A program made the position numbers and the translations under genes. A DNA stretch of 64,000 bases, from assembly GCA_027604505.1 (NCBI GenBank), contig JADIIX010000082.1:1-64000 (forward strand). The letters are read 5' to 3'. Every line of letters begins with the position of its first letter. Within the stretch, counting starts at the first letter, position 1. Below the pieces are notes generated by a model. The model made no database searches and was not told where the DNA came from. It was given only the letters and a program-made list of their open reading frames with translations. Below are positions 35,519-49,733 of this stretch, one piece after another. Source of the DNA: Gonapodya sp. JEL0774. Its lineage: Eukaryota.

Positions 35519-37336
35519 CTAAGGTTTTGACCTCTTATTCCATCGCTGGCACACATGACGCACAAGTGCCCCATCACCGAACGGTGGATAATGAGTAAAT
35601 TCCAAAGAGAACGAATAAATTATGTCACGACTCCTACTAACCGTCATCCCCATGTTTCTGTACTCTTTTGGCCATTCCACCTTCTTTGTCGTGACTTATA
35701 CTTGTTACGCACGACCTCCAAAGTACGGAAACATCTTTGTCTTACTCTTGAATATGGCTGCTCCTTTGATCCTTCGCCGGAACATTTACACAGGTGAGTG
35801 GATACACTGCATTCGTGTGACTAACTATCTAGACGCAGGGCACGGTATCTCTCTTACTAAGGAAATCACTACCGTTATAATTGCATCAGATTACGGGTCG
35901 TAGTCTCAGAAGCACCAGACTTCTCAACCCGGGAGTTCAAGTCCGCTGTCTGCAGTGATTTTACCGACCCGACTACTCCAACTCTTCCAATTTTACGGCA
36001 ACATCACTCTTCACATCATTCTTCGCATAAAAAGCTTCACCGTGTCCTTGCTGTAATCACTCAAGTCAATGGGGCTCAAGATATATAGTGACGTCCACCA
36101 TCCGCTATGTACAGACCGGCGATTGCGACAGTCAAGGATGCCACATCAACTCCTCCAGTGCAGTTTTTCACAGTGCATATTGGCTATTTTGAGTGCGTGG
36201 GAATCGGAGGTGGTTGGATAAACGAAAACTAACCGTGTTCGGCGGCACCTCCGTTCTTCATGCATTTTGTATTTTCGCATTTTCGTACAGTAATGTGGAT
36301 TGGAAAAGCGGATCGTTCAAACTGAGTTGTTGCTACAAAACAACCGTGGTATTGTTTCTGGATAAAGTTGCGTTGGACATTGGCGGGAACTACAGTATGC
36401 TCATATTGTATCTGGTGCTTTACCATGTGATGAAATCGGTAGGGTAGCTTGACCTGTACGCCGAACACCCCGGCAAAAGACACTGGAGTGGACGCAATAT
36501 CTTGTTGTGAGCGAAATATTACGCCGGCCTGCATCAACCCGGTCCCCTTCTAGAATAACCACTCTACAAACCTGCACCCGCAAGGGACCAGCCCCGCCAG
36601 CCTTGGGTGAGCCGCGATCGTGGTCAACCTGCTCCTCCCCTCCACCAGAGCCGTCATTTCCCTATACAATTGCTGAGGGATCCGGTGTCGTCCGTCGGGC
36701 TGGTGGTATGTACCCTTCACAAGCCCCAACGCCCGTCGATTTCACACGACTTGATTCTGAAGGCCCGGTCTAACTTTTCGCTGCCAGATCAACTCACGTC
36801 TTGCGTGAAGTGGTATGTCAAGACTATTAGTGCTGAACAATTGACCGTCTTTCTTCGTTCTACATCAACGATAGACGAATTGTGCGTTCAAAACGCGATG
36901 GCAATGCTACTAGATCAGCAGAGAGTCTTATTTGAGGGAGGGAGCTCGGTACACGGACCCTCGCGGACTACAACATCCAGAGGGAGTCAATGGAGCACTT
37001 GATTAACCGCTTTCGTGGAGACACGGTGCGTTTGACTCTCTTTGTTTTCTCCCCGCCTCCCGCCGGGACAAATGGAGTGCAACCTGAGATGCATGACACT
37101 TTTCATTCACATGGCCAGTGACGTTTGTGGTTCCAGTACATACCTTCAAGTGGCCGCAATCAATTTGAGGCTCTTCCGATTATTGTAATAATAACTTTTT
37201 TGTTACTCGGAAACTAACAAGCCAATAATCAATCGACCGTTGCACTCATCACCAACAGATACTGAGCAAGTAAATGATTTGCTCCCAGAAAGAATGCATA
37301 AATGACGTCACGACTCCAACTACCGGCCCCCCAATG

Positions 37337-38793
37337 TCACTCCCGACCACCCAACCCCAACGCTTCCACCAACCACGTTCCTAGCACCTCCGCCCATGCG
37401 GCACACTTTCCCTGATCTACTGCACCCGCGTTGTCCCGCGCCGTATGCCACACCTTGGGAAATTCCACGGGACACACGTGCACACACGGCACGCCCCGGT
37501 TTGCAAACGGTTGATGGTCGTCGTCGATGGGGAACCCCGCCACGGTCTCGAATGGTCCCGGTGGGAACGACGCGCGACGGGCCAGTGCTGGGGTGTTGAT
37601 CGCTCGCACATTGCGCAGTCTGGATTCTACAGATCTCATGTGGTCCCACACCGGCCACGTGGTCTCGTCGTAGCACAGTATGGTGTCGTCTTCACCCCGT
37701 GCGGCGAGCAAGTCCATCACACAGAGGAGCGATATCCGTTCAAGTTCACCGGTGGTCGCCCACAAGTGGGCGAGTGCGCGGGAGCCGTACAGTCCGTCAG
37801 AGTCGGACCACCCTTCGACGGATTCTTCGGCGTCAAAAAAGACTAAGGAGACGGTGGTTGGGGTGGTGGAAAAGGCGGACGATGTGGAACGAGAAAGGCG
37901 TTCGAGGTATTGTGGGAGCCTGCGGGAAAGATGGAGCAAGATGGCGACAGAAGTGGCGGCGTCGGTGGCGCCAATGAAGGGGGGGCGGGTGTGTAGGATT
38001 TTGGAGTCGTAATGAGCTGGCGTTAAAAGGGTACGATGAGATGTGGATCAAGGTTTCAGAGTACTGCAATCACGCAATCCGAATAGCACAGGTAACCAAT
38101 CATATCTTTTCTTTTTGTTTTCTCCGACGCCCATCTACCTTCTCCAGCTGCTCTGGAACGCAGAACCTCAGTGCGGGTTGGTTAATATTCAGCGACGGGT
38201 ATCCATCACTGTATATCGTCGTGTCCTCCTAATCAGTGAATGTTCTCCCACGAAACATTTCATTCATTTTCATTCATTCCACTGAAAGACCTCGCGCTAT
38301 TGACAGGCATCTAACGATTTTACATCCCACAATCCGTGCATCCAAACAGATCCCAAAGAACCTCACCGCCGAGAACAAGTTTGGCGGCATGGTCCGGAAG
38401 CCCATTTGCACGCCATGTAGCCACCACATTGAAAACATCAGTTTGACCTTGTGGTGTCGCCGCAAGGCTCCAATGCTCTTCCACTGCCCATCCGTGTTGG
38501 GCCAAGATATCGGACATGTACTTTCTGACCTTTTTGGAGCCATCGGAGCCAGGCGCACGAGAGATCAAGATTGGAGCGAGCAGTGAGTCTTGATGTGGAG
38601 TGGGAGAGAAGGTATGTGGGGGTGCCGCAAGGGAATCGGCGACGAACGCGAGTGCGGCCGGCGAAAGCGGCGAAGGTCTGTAAGCCAAACGAAAAGTTGG
38701 TAGTTTAACACGGAAATGTCGTATACGTGGCTGAAGGAAAGGGAACTGCGATCTAAAACCGTGCGATCGAGGGTGTTTTGCAAACATCATCAT
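37337..38793 (-). CDS. QPCT: Glutaminyl-peptide cyclotransferase (peptidase M28 fold)
   Basis: LAPILISRAPGS, TPQG..VFNVVAT, LVLGAHYDSK, FIGATDAA, LVFFDAEE..WSDSDGLYGSRALA, IDDDHQPF..RGVP, FPKVWHT..DN. Start uncertain. Confidence 0.88.
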
Positions 38794-39098
38794 CCTTCAA
38801 GTGTTGATGTCAGTCATTTGCACGTCTTTCGCAATCCTTTGGGCTCAAAATGTAATTTGGTAATAATTTTTATATGAGACACAATAATTCATTCTTTGCA
38901 TGGCCATTGTCTGGATGTTGTCGTTTTACAGAAGTGGGGCGCTGGAACTTAGGAATACTGAGCACTCATCAGGCCATCATTGCCCTACTTGGGTGCAGTA
39001 CAACGCTATGTATTTTTGAAAGAACACTCATATCGTTCCTGAAATCCTTGCACTTGAAGGGGTCAACCCAAAATTCTGACACGCCACTTTCGCAGTTC

Positions 39099-41269
39099 TC
39101 ACAATCTCGCCCCGGCTGCTCCGCTCTCAAAAACTTTCCCTGGCGGCAACGCACCCTTTTTGCTCACTACCTTTGCAATATCAGCCCGTGTGACCAAGCG
39201 GGCTTCCGTGGCAGGGTTGTAACCGAATCGTTCGCGAGGGTCTTACATGGGATTCGAAGCACGATAAAAATTCTTGTACTCTTCCAATCTGTCGTCACAG
39301 AGACTGCTCACCTTGCCACTTAGACGTATCCTTCTCTTCACCATTGGCAAAAGTGGCCTTGGTGTAGATTGCTACCACGCACACGCCTGCCGCCAGTCCC
39401 ACATTGTGCTGTGGAAATTTATGCACAGCAATTTAATCGAAAATCCGATTCCATAGAAACTGTACAAAACTTACCTGCATAGCGTACTTCACATTCTTCA
39501 CCTGCCTCTTTCCGCACCATCCCCTGACTTGCCAGCACAGTTCCGCGCACTGGGCGAGCCCCGTAGCACCCAGAGGGTGTCCCTTGCTGATGAGCCCACC
39601 AGACGGGTTGACAACATACTTACCACCGTAGGTGGCATTGCCAGAGGCGATGAGTTCGTGGGCCTTTCCGGGCGCGGAAAGACCAAGCGCATCGTATGTA
39701 ATGAGCTCGTTGGCACTAAACCGTTGTGTTTTTAAAACATGTGAGTTCGTCGAACGCGGACTGCAAACACACACAGTAACTTTCTCACTGACCTGAAACA
39801 GTCGTGGAGTTCCACAACCTGCACGTCATCAATCTTTACTCCAGCCACCCTGGTCGCCTCCTGAACCGCCTTCCTTGTCATCTCAGCTCCTGCCATATCG
39901 ATGCCGCTCTTTGTTTCGACGTGCTGGAAGGAGTCCGTGGCCATGGCCTGAGCGGCGATTAGCACAGCCTGGGGGGCGAGATTGTGCTTGAGCACGAATG
40001 ACTCGGAGCAAAGGATAGCGGCGCCCGCGCCGTCGGAAGTGGGGCAGCACTGAAGGACCGTGAGTGGGCCGAAAATGGTACGGGACTTCATAACTTGGTC
40101 GAGGGCTGTGGGGAGGTAGAGGTGCTCAAACACTTTTCATATGGAGCAGGTCTGGAATCCCTAAGAAAATGGTTACATACTGTGCACGTCCTGGAATTGG
40201 GAGTATGGATTCAAAGCGGAGTGGCGGTGGTTCTTCTCCGCAATCATGCCCATGTGAATTGGCTCGGCGCCGAATTTTTCACAGTACTGAAGTATCGGGT
40301 CAGAAGTGGACCTCGTCAATTGTGACTCTTGGTGGATTCTCCAGACCTTGGTTCACGCACCTCAATACCCGCCGCCCCAAACTGCTGAGCCGTTCGCGGA
40401 GCCTTCGGATCCCAGCCCCTGGTTTCCTTGATTGCTTCCGTGCGATAGCCACCGGATGCGACACGGTCTGTCCAGTACTCGCGTATGGTGCCGGGGTACA
40501 TCTGGGGCAAAATACATTCATATTGATCCAATGGTGAAGGTTACGAAGACGGGCAATTCACCTTCTCGAACCCAAGAGCCATGGTACAATCATAGAGGCC
40601 AGATTCAACTGCCTGACGGGCGAGGGTAAGGGCTGGAGGGAGTTCGTTCTTGATAAGCTTGATTACTGGTAACGGACTACGATATTGACTCTTACCTGAG
40701 GATCCTGTGGCACAAGCGTTCTGGCAGTTAATGACCGGGATTTGCGTCATTCCGAGCTGGTACAGCGCGCGCTGTCCACAGGTTGAATCTGAAGGGTTGT
40801 CGATGGGGGTTAATGTGGTGCCCAACAATGCACTACAATCCAAATGGATTTGACAACGCACCTCCAACAGTATAGCCCACTGCAGCAAACTCAACATCAT
40901 CGTATGTGAGGTTTGCATCGATGAGCGCCTTTGTGCCAGCTTCGAGGGCAAACTCCGGATAGTCGTAACCCTTCCGACGTCCAGGCTTCTCAAATTTGGT
41001 CATGCCGACACCTTTTCCGTTGAGGGCGGAATCAGGTTCATGGGTGACGTGAAGAAAATGTGGGGGGCGGAGCTGATCAGAATATAGTTCCGACATCCGA
41101 AATCTCCTGGACCACAAGTTTCCGGTTTCTCAGAATTCGATGTTCACCAACAACATAGACCTTGCGACCTTTTCCGGACCTGAATCCGGGGGACGGCGAT
41201 TGTGAGAAGGAGAACTCCGGTAATTAAGATGTGTCGGAAACGTTGAACACGGCCGACGGTTTCTCACAT
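39099..41269 (-). CDS. SCP-x-type peroxisomal thiolase (non-specific lipid-transfer protein family), multi-exon, PTS1 ARL
   Basis: [101 protein letters not shown]; ends ...GAAGARL*. Confidence 0.93.
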
Positions 41270-41712
41270 TGCTTTTGACTATAATATAGTTCCGAGGAAA
41301 TTCACACTGCAGCTCCCGTGATGGCTCTGACGGGTGAACGTTGCTGAGTATTGAATAATTTTAGTGTGTTCGGCACTTCCGAGTTCCGCGGTCACAGTAA
41401 ATCACCAGCAAATGTACATTCCCAGTGGCCCCCATGTGCTTTGGGTTCTCTGGGTGTAAAGACTTTTTGAGCATTTTGGCATGTTGCCGTGGCATGAAGT
41501 GCTGGAAATAACAGTCACCTGGAGGAGATAAAGCAGACAACCACAGAATAAATTGATTTTTCTGAGAATAAGTACAATCAGACAACAATTTGGAATGTAC
41601 AAATGACAAGTTCTCGAGACGACAGCTTTGGTCCTCCTAGTCCTCCATTCTGGCAGGAGCGGCCTCCTCCCGTGACTACATACCAGCCCGAACCCAAATC
41701 GACAAGAAGAGC

Positions 41713-43297
41713 ATGCCTTCCAAAGTGTTTGAAATCCCGGAGCTCGTGGACTGTATCTTTAATTATCTCGACGATCGTGATCTGGCCAGTTTCGCACAGG
41801 TCTGGTGAGTGTAAGGACGACACACGACTGTAGATGTGAAGAAGGGGAATTTTTACGGAGCTTCTGCTTGAAAATATTCACTAAAGCGAGAATTCATCGC
41901 GATATTGTCTCCGCATGATGGTTTGGGTCTTGTTCTGATAGCTTGTCCGTGTCTTGCCCATTCCCCGCGTAGTAAGCTGTGGCATCCAATTGCGACACCT
42001 CGTCTTTGGCGGGAATGGACCCTCGGCATCACCGGTAATGAACTCGTACGGCTTCGCTCCTACCTCTCCATGCCCCCGCACACCCGAAGCCTGGTCTGCC
42101 CAACTCGAGTCACCTTGCGATTGGAATCAGAAACCAACTCCCGCAACCTCATACCAGATCTATGCGACGTGCTCGACACAATATCTCCGACAGTTACATG
42201 GTGGGATTGTGAATGCTACCCTTCTGATGTGTTTGCACTGTGGTTGCGAAGTGTCAATGCCCCTCACGTTCGAGAGCTGACACTCAGCCAATGGCCGGAG
42301 ATGGGTGCCGTGTGGGTTAACCGCTTTCTCACACGGTGCTTGGACTTGTTTGCTCTCGACATTGCCGAGGCTAACGAAGCCAGTGACAGTAGCGGAATCT
42401 CACGGGAAGATGGAGGAATCGAACTCCCTTCTCAGCAACCTCCACACCTCCGTCACCTCATGATCCACCACGCACTTCGACCTACCGAATACCAAAAAAT
42501 CGGTTCTTACCTACAACTCACCCGCCTTCTCCTCTCCGACATCTCCGACGAAGAACACCTCCTCTCTCTCATAGCACTCCCCAACCTCACCCACCTTCTT
42601 CTCCCATTCTCCTCGCTCGGGTGGGAGGAAGGGTTTCGAGATGTGCTCACTCATCTCGGAGGCTCTTTGCTGGCGCTTGACCTTTCGCGGGACATCGATT
42701 TGGACGATGTCCTCACCTTGTCGTGGATCACGGGGATCGTCTCGCTATGTCCCAACCTGGAGCAAGTTGCGCTAGGTAAGTATTTCGCGCAAAAGTTACC
42801 ACTTCACTGTGATCTGGATTAATGACATCAACATTCCCTGTCCCCGCCTATCACCCACCTCGAAACAGATGGTGAGTGGCAGACGACGTGTTGCGCAAAA
42901 TGCGCTTCTCCTTTAACTAAACAAGATTCGGGATCCTTCGAAAGGATGGACTGGCACTACTGGCTCTGACGCCCTCGCCGCGGCAAAAATTTTGTGGATG
43001 GGCTTACCTCGCCTTCGTGCGCTGTCCATCCTTTCGAAACCCCTCGATATCACACCTCTGGAAAAGCGTGCACTTGAGGACGCCATGGCCGTCGGTGGGT
43101 GGGTTGGTTTGGGACGACATACCTCCACTGCGGTCTCCACACCTGAAATCGGGAGGCCAAAGAGGGAAAATCCCAGGTTCTACTTCCGAGCTATTGAACC
43201 TGTGACGGTGGGAGGGTGGAACAGACGCGAAGCCGATGAGCACACCTTTTGGGACACAGCCCATGACTGGGAGCTGGACGTTCTAGGTGAGGAATGA
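41713..43297 (+). CDS. F-box/LRR-like protein, multi-exon
   Basis: VFEIPELVDCIFNYLDDRDLASFAQVC|..SKLWHPIATPRLW F-box; LRR-like LPNLTHLLL, LLALDLS, CPNLEQVAL, LPRLRALSI. Confidence 0.8.
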
Positions 43298-43753
43298 GCG
43301 GAATGGCCGATATAGAGATATGAAGCCGTCTCTGCGGTTCCGTTGGGCGTGTCTCATTCATTGTGTCCCATGTCTTGCCAGAAAATTCTGAAGATGAAGC
43401 GTGAAAATTTGCTTTTTGGTCTGGAGGTACAGCGTCACGGTACAGGACGCACAGGGATTTGTTTCCGTTGACGAAAAGGATCTACAGGCGAATACTTTTG
43501 CGCGGTCATTTTTACATTGCACTCAAAGCATTCGAAATCTGGTTAGGAATTGCATTCCCGTATTTCTTACTTTTACAAAGGCTCGGTACAGAATACAGTG
43601 AAAGAGTTATTGTACCAGTTAACATATACTTTTCGTCCACATATGATTAGTTTGAATGATATTTTTCTCTGGAGCGGTCGCAGAATAGTGCAGATTCCTC
43701 AACTCCCGCTCCTTCATTCGACATCTCTTTCTCTAACGAAAAGTGCCCTTCCC

Positions 43754-46700
43754 TCAATCTAATAATGACAAATGAGGGACACCCACCGGTCTGGGGCCCG
43801 GTTCCACCAAAACAGAAACGTTGTGGCTGCTGTCGACTGACCAAACACCCTCATTCCATTCCTTAACTCGGTCACCGTGGGCAATACGGAGCCAGCCGAT
43901 CCCACGGGAGACAAACAGAGAGTGTAGTATTTGGTGCGCGGTAGGTGGATCGATTGAAGATGTTGCCTGGAGAGGAGTTGACGGGTTAACATTGCAGTAG
44001 GACCGGCTACGAAAGAACAATGAGCTCACTTCGTCCATAAACACAAAACCTGCATTTCGCTTTCCTGACGGTTCTGCCAGCTCTTCCTCATCCACTTCCA
44101 TCAACGCATCCAGATCTTCAATCGTTCCATAGACCCCAGAAGCCTTCCTCTCCTCCCATGCAAGGCGCCATGCGGCCCTTGCCAAACACACCTTCTGCCT
44201 TTCTCCTGGAGACAAAATCCTCTCCCACTCCTCCACTGTAAGTATCGTGTCGGCTCCATGACAGCGTTCGATAAGGTCGGGCATGGCGGCTGACCGGAGC
44301 AGCGCTAACAGAGCAGGGTCGGAAATGAGTTGCCGGTCAACAGAAGATGTCCGGAGAGGGTAAGTTATTTGGTCTCGAAGAGAGCACTGAGATATGTAAG
44401 GCTGTTGTGGTAGGAAAATGACGGGTACTGGTGGGTCTCGCGAAAGGGAAGCAGAGTCACTCGGGGGTGTGCTGATGGTGAGAGTGGATGGGGATCCCTT
44501 AGCCATGAAAGTGATCGCGCCATCCAAACCAACTTTTCCATTCAGGCTTCCCGAAATTACTATTTCTCCCTCCATGGGTTTCCAAAGTCCACGTATAGTT
44601 CTAAGAAGGGATGTCTTGCCGGCACCATTCTTGCCGGTGAGAAGAACTCTATCCTTGACGTTGAGCTTTAGGCTTATCCCTTGGAGAAGCGTCCGGGGTG
44701 GTTCTGTGGGAGTGGCCACCGTGAGACCAGACAAAACAACGAGTGGAACGGGAGGTGGAGTTGGAGGGTGCGCAGTCGCAATGGCGTCGCTCATATCGTC
44801 TGAAGTATGCGAAGATGCTTGACCCGGCCATGCCCTCCTTCGCTCGTCTTCTGAGGAAAGGCCAACGCGGGTGATGCGAGCACGATACCTGCTGGGGCTT
44901 TCCGGTGGGTGATCTGGCGCCTCAAGTTTCGTCAGCTGCTCTGACAAACCCTTGAAGGGACTCTCTTGCAACGATCCACTGTATGAGCCGGTTTGCGGCA
45001 TTCGAAGTTGTGCGAGAGGGCCAAACGCTTCGTTTGGGGGAGATCGTGAAGGAGAACCCCTTTGAATGCGGGGAAGGCGGGGACGTTGGTTAGGCGTCTG
45101 CCTCTTCGAGACAGCCCGGACGATTTGAACGCTTCGCAAGGAGGGTTTGCCAGATTCCTCCGGTCCCGAAGTGACGGACAAAGCCCCTTCTGAGTCTGTC
45201 TTTTGGTGTCCCTGACGGGGGTTAGATGTGCCGGCCCTAAAAGAACTGCGTCTAGGCCTCCGTGGCTCTATCGGAGATTCCAACTGGTCTGTCACCTCAG
45301 GAGCACTGTCATCAATAGAGTGACGCCGGGACTCAGGGTTGTCGACTTGAATCAAGACCGAGTCGGGACGTCGCTGCGAGAAATCATCAGAGCGTCTGGT
45401 GGCCCTGGAGACGGAGGTCGAGAACCCATTCGAAGGGAGATTATTTGCTACTGATGAACGAAAAGCCGCTCGCGTCGATGGAGTTTGTGGTGCGGAATGC
45501 TGGGAAACGATCCAGATACATGTAAATACACAACAAACCACCAGCAGAGTAGTCTTCATATGAACTTACAGCTGAAGGCCCTTGTGAGACCGGGTTTACA
45601 CCTTTGCCAGGTGACTCTTCGCCGGATTGACCGCTGCCTGGTCTGTCAAAGGACCCTGCACCTTTCTCAGTCTGAGTTTGACAAACTTCCATCATGTGTC
45701 CGATACGGGAAACGAAGCCGGCTACATCAGAGATTTGCTCGGCCATTGTGATGATTTGGGTGAACTTGAAAACCTTCATGCGGGTTGGGTAGAACAAATT
45801 TTCTCTCTGTAAGCAACGGAGACGGAGCCAACATGGGCAGGAGCTCTCTAATGAACTCACCAAATACATGCACACGTAGGAATTCAAGCTGATGAGCCCA
45901 GACAGCTCCCCTGCAGGTACGTCATCATATGCACCAGCAAAGATGGGCACAGCAACGGTCACATATGTCAACACCGATCCCAGATACCCAACGAACTCCG
46001 TGCCAATTTTCAGAGCGGAATCCCTGTCCAGAACCATTCTCTGCCAGGCAAGAAGTGCATCCAACGAACGCGCAAGATGATGCCTTTCTGTTGACTCTCC
46101 ACCTAAAACGGCGATAGATTCTGCATTGGTACGGACATGTGTATGAAGGAAACGATAATCGCCTTCTAACTGTTGTTTGCGGTAAATGAGCGGTACGAGT
46201 GGGGCGAGGAGATATCTGACGGCGACAGAAGAGACGATGAAGTACGAGTATATGGCAGTGGGTCCGATTAGACCAGAGACAGCATAGGTACGATAAGTGT
46301 AATACTGGAAATCAATCAGAAACGAATTGGTGAAACAATTTCGATATTCTCGTGGGCAAATGACAGAGCCACTTACTGCCACTGTCAACGGTGTAATTAT
46401 AAGCGCCTCCAAAACCTGTCGCAACATTTCCATGAGACCGTCGACATCTTGTGTTATCCGTTGCTCTGGGTTATCAATACGGCCGCTGTTGGGGTTTGAA
46501 TGGTCAACTCCATCAGTCGGATCCTGGACAGCATCGTCGCTAGCTCCGAGCCCACGAGTTATGCGGTAGAGATTCTTTTCAGATACATAGAGGTCGGTGA
46601 GAGAGGTTGACAGAATCCGCCTTCCGCGAAGAGCAAAGTAACCTCCAACCCATCGGACCATGGCTTTTAGAAGTGCGATTGCAAGGTACAAAAGAACAGC

Positions 46701-47589
46701 GTATACCGTTACTAATAGAAATCCAGCCCAGTCTCGGTTGTTGAGCACAACGTAGTATCTCGCAGTCGTTGTACCAGCAAAGTAGTAGGCAACCTCGGCG
46801 GCACATGAGACGAAGATGAGGGAGACATAAGCGAGAATAACGCGCCGATCTCGGAAAAGGAGGGAAACAATTGCGCCGAGGCGAGCCAGAAAGGTTCGGT
46901 CCAAAGCTGCGGTTCTCGAAGGTTTGGCACTGACAGCGTTATGTCTCGAATGTGAGATGTCCGTAGGTTCCCTACGCGAGGGGCGCTCTTCTGAAAGAGA
47001 GAGTTCTCCAGAGGTATGTCTAGATAGCCCGGGGCGACTGGAGTCGCGAAAACGATATTCCCCAGCACCGCCTACAAGAGTATTCGAGGATCCCCCCTGA
47101 GACACATGTGGATGTCGACCGACGCCGTGGCGATCTTCCATCGTGTTGGGGAACAGGACAGATGCTGATGGCTGCTCCACAGATGTACTCAGGTAATGGG
47201 GGAGCGAAGTGTCCCTACGAGCTGAAAGGGATGTTGACAGGTTCGACGACTGGGATGAAGTCCGCTTCGGCACAGGATGAGGCAACTGGAACTCAAATGG
47301 GAATCTGGAGCGTGAAGGCGGCGGCGCAGAATTGGGGCTGGACCCTTCAAAGCCAACGGCCGACGCCAGACAGACATCAAGAACAGACGCTGCTGACAGC
47401 TAAATAGAAGTTGCAACCTTCCGCGCACTCACCAGGGGGAGTTGTTTCGGATCCGGTAAATCGAAGGAGCCTGGAGCTCTCCGTGAGCTCGTCTTCGTCG
47501 TCGTCTGGGTCATCGGCAGGGTTTGCGAAAAGAGGTCCAAAATCATCCTCTTTCCCACCAAAACTTGTCGGAAGATTCCCAAAGTTCAT
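43754..47589 (-). CDS. ABCD-family half transporter (ABCD4-like), multi-exon
   Basis: RIDNPEQRITQDV, EGDYRFLHTHVRTNAESIA (EAA loop), Walker A GKNGAGKTS..LRTIRGLW, FLPQQPY, signature LSPGERQK, FMDEATSSID, IAH. Confidence 0.88.
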
Positions 47590-48147
47590 ACTCTCAAGCG
47601 CCGATCCAGAATTGATGGTTCGTTTCGTCCGTCTGAGCTACGTTTTCTTGATCAAGAGGAAGCGAATCCCCACCCGTATTCGGCAGAAGACTCTAAAGAA
47701 CACTGTGATCCAATCCAAAACCTGGATCACTCGACGGTCCGTCGAGTTTTCTTAGAGAGTCCTGACCGTCAACCCGAAGGCAATTGTCACCAATATATAA
47801 AGCAAGCCGATTTTCCATGACACAAATGGCTCGCCTCCCCCTACTCAGTGTTGAATCCTCTCACAATAATACTCTCGATGTCGAGAAATCGATTTGACCA
47901 AAATTTATTCTTACAAAGGTCTGGCGATCCGATAACCCTCCGTTGCTGTCCACTCTAATACCCACACGCGACCGAAATTTGTTATCTACATAACTCCATT
48001 ACATGAAAGTGGAGGATTAGAACTGCTCGTTCCACGACAGATGTTGGTGCTGGTGCTCGAAAGAAAGAAAAGTTTCATGTACTACAATACGACAAGGGTG
48101 GAACCCAAACACAGTCAACGATGAAGGCATTCCATCGAGATGCTCTC

Positions 48148-49733
48148 TCAAGATATTCTCAGATCGGGACTTCGATCACTTGACGCATAGTCAGGCGGCC
48201 ATTCATGTGTTTGGCTCAATGAAGCATATTGATGGTCTGATCCTCTTGATCTCGGACCCAGCGAGTTGGTTAGTGGAGGGACGTAACCTGAAGTGTGTCC
48301 CGGTGGTACCTGCTCAATCCACGGAAGACGGTGAGGATGCGTGGAAGGAACTTGAGCGACATTTTGGAGATGATCAGTGGGTACTGCGTGAAAATGAGGC
48401 CAATCTGCGCGCATGTCCACAGGTGTGGGCCAGCGGAGAGGGAGTGCGGAAGTGTTTGAAACCATGGGGGGAAAGGTGCTCGCAGAGGGAAGGCGAATCG
48501 GGGCCTCAGGCGACTGATCTGCGAAGTTCGCCGGGATTGTGCTTCGACGAAGAGGTGGAGGAACGCTTGCCGGACTGCACTCACGATCGTTCTCGAGAAT
48601 CCCGGAATAATGAGCATCTGTAGCAGTTGTCACTGAAGGGTTGTTGGGAGGATGAGCAAGGGGAGGGTACTGCGCTAAAAACGAGGAGGTACTTATGGCA
48701 GATGAAAGTGACATTTGATGGCTAGAATCACAGACGTACGTTCAATCCATCCAGAAGGATACATCGAGGTGTCTATTTTGTATGACGAATGGCATTGTGT
48801 TGTTGGATCGTTTGTAAACTGAGTTGGTAGGAAACTGGCGCTATCATGTCTTCGCACGAGAACACAATCATTTGAGGGAGTCCTGCCACCATGAGGGTAG
48901 GGCGTGAATCGTTCTGGGTTCTGTGTCCCCAATGAACCTATGCAACAACCAGGAAGTTGGCCAGAACAGCACTGGGAGCGCTCTCAGAATACAAACGTAC
49001 CTGTCCCACTGGAATCAGAGTGCTCCCGAACAGCATGCGTGCCCCCATGCTCGTAGTTCGTTGCGCCTACTTTCGGAATGTCTGGAATATTTTTGCTATC
49101 CACTGCCGTCCTTCGTCCGTTACCCTGCAAAGCGGGAGACATTTCCTGCGCCATGTAAGTAGAGCGTTCCGTGGCCATTTTGGCTTTCGTGTTTGCGGCG
49201 GAAGGGTGTATGCTAGATGAGAGATGACGCGCCAAATTGTCTGATACCAGGGAGGGAAGGAAATTTTGTCCAGTGAACAGGTGATTCGAGTGCACTGGTG
49301 AGCGACTTGAAGGGTCACCGGCAGTGGACAGCGTATCTGAACTCACCGTATCGGTGAAATGACTTTCTGCATACATAGCAAACAAATTCTTTGATTCCTT
49401 GGTGTATTTTGTAGTGCCTGTGACAGCAGGGAGACGGTAACCGAAAGACTCATTCAGTGGTGGCCACAACAGGTACCGGGCAGAGGGCAAACGAAGGCTT
49501 CCAACTCCATCAATGATGCACCCAACTTAGGTGGTTCCAGCATTCAAATCAATACGGAATTCCCGAGGTTTGAGTTCACCATCAGCGGAATTCGACGTCC
49601 ATCCGTTCGAGCCCTGACGGCGGTTACATACGGACCTCCGCAGATGGGAACCGCGCGAAAACGAAAGCGTGCAATCCGGGCAAGTGTGGCGACCTTTTAA
49701 GACTCGATCATCGGTGCCGCTCTTCGCAGACAT
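48148..49733 (-). CDS. C2H2 zinc-finger transcription factor (two N-terminal fingers), multi-exon
   Basis: Spliced: HTCPDCTLSFSRGSHLRR|HYKIH-QGIKEF-VCYVCRKSFHRY|DNLARHLSSSIH (second exon starts 49417); low-complexity P/S-rich tail. Confidence 0.82.

Noticed and set aside
12646..47589. RiPP-like cluster (LanC-like + methyltransferase + small peptide + glutaminyl cyclase + ABC transporter)
   Set aside because: The genes are scattered over 35 kb among housekeeping genes and are standard eukaryotic families; there is no LanB/LanM/kinase-lyase; the peptide has no Cys.
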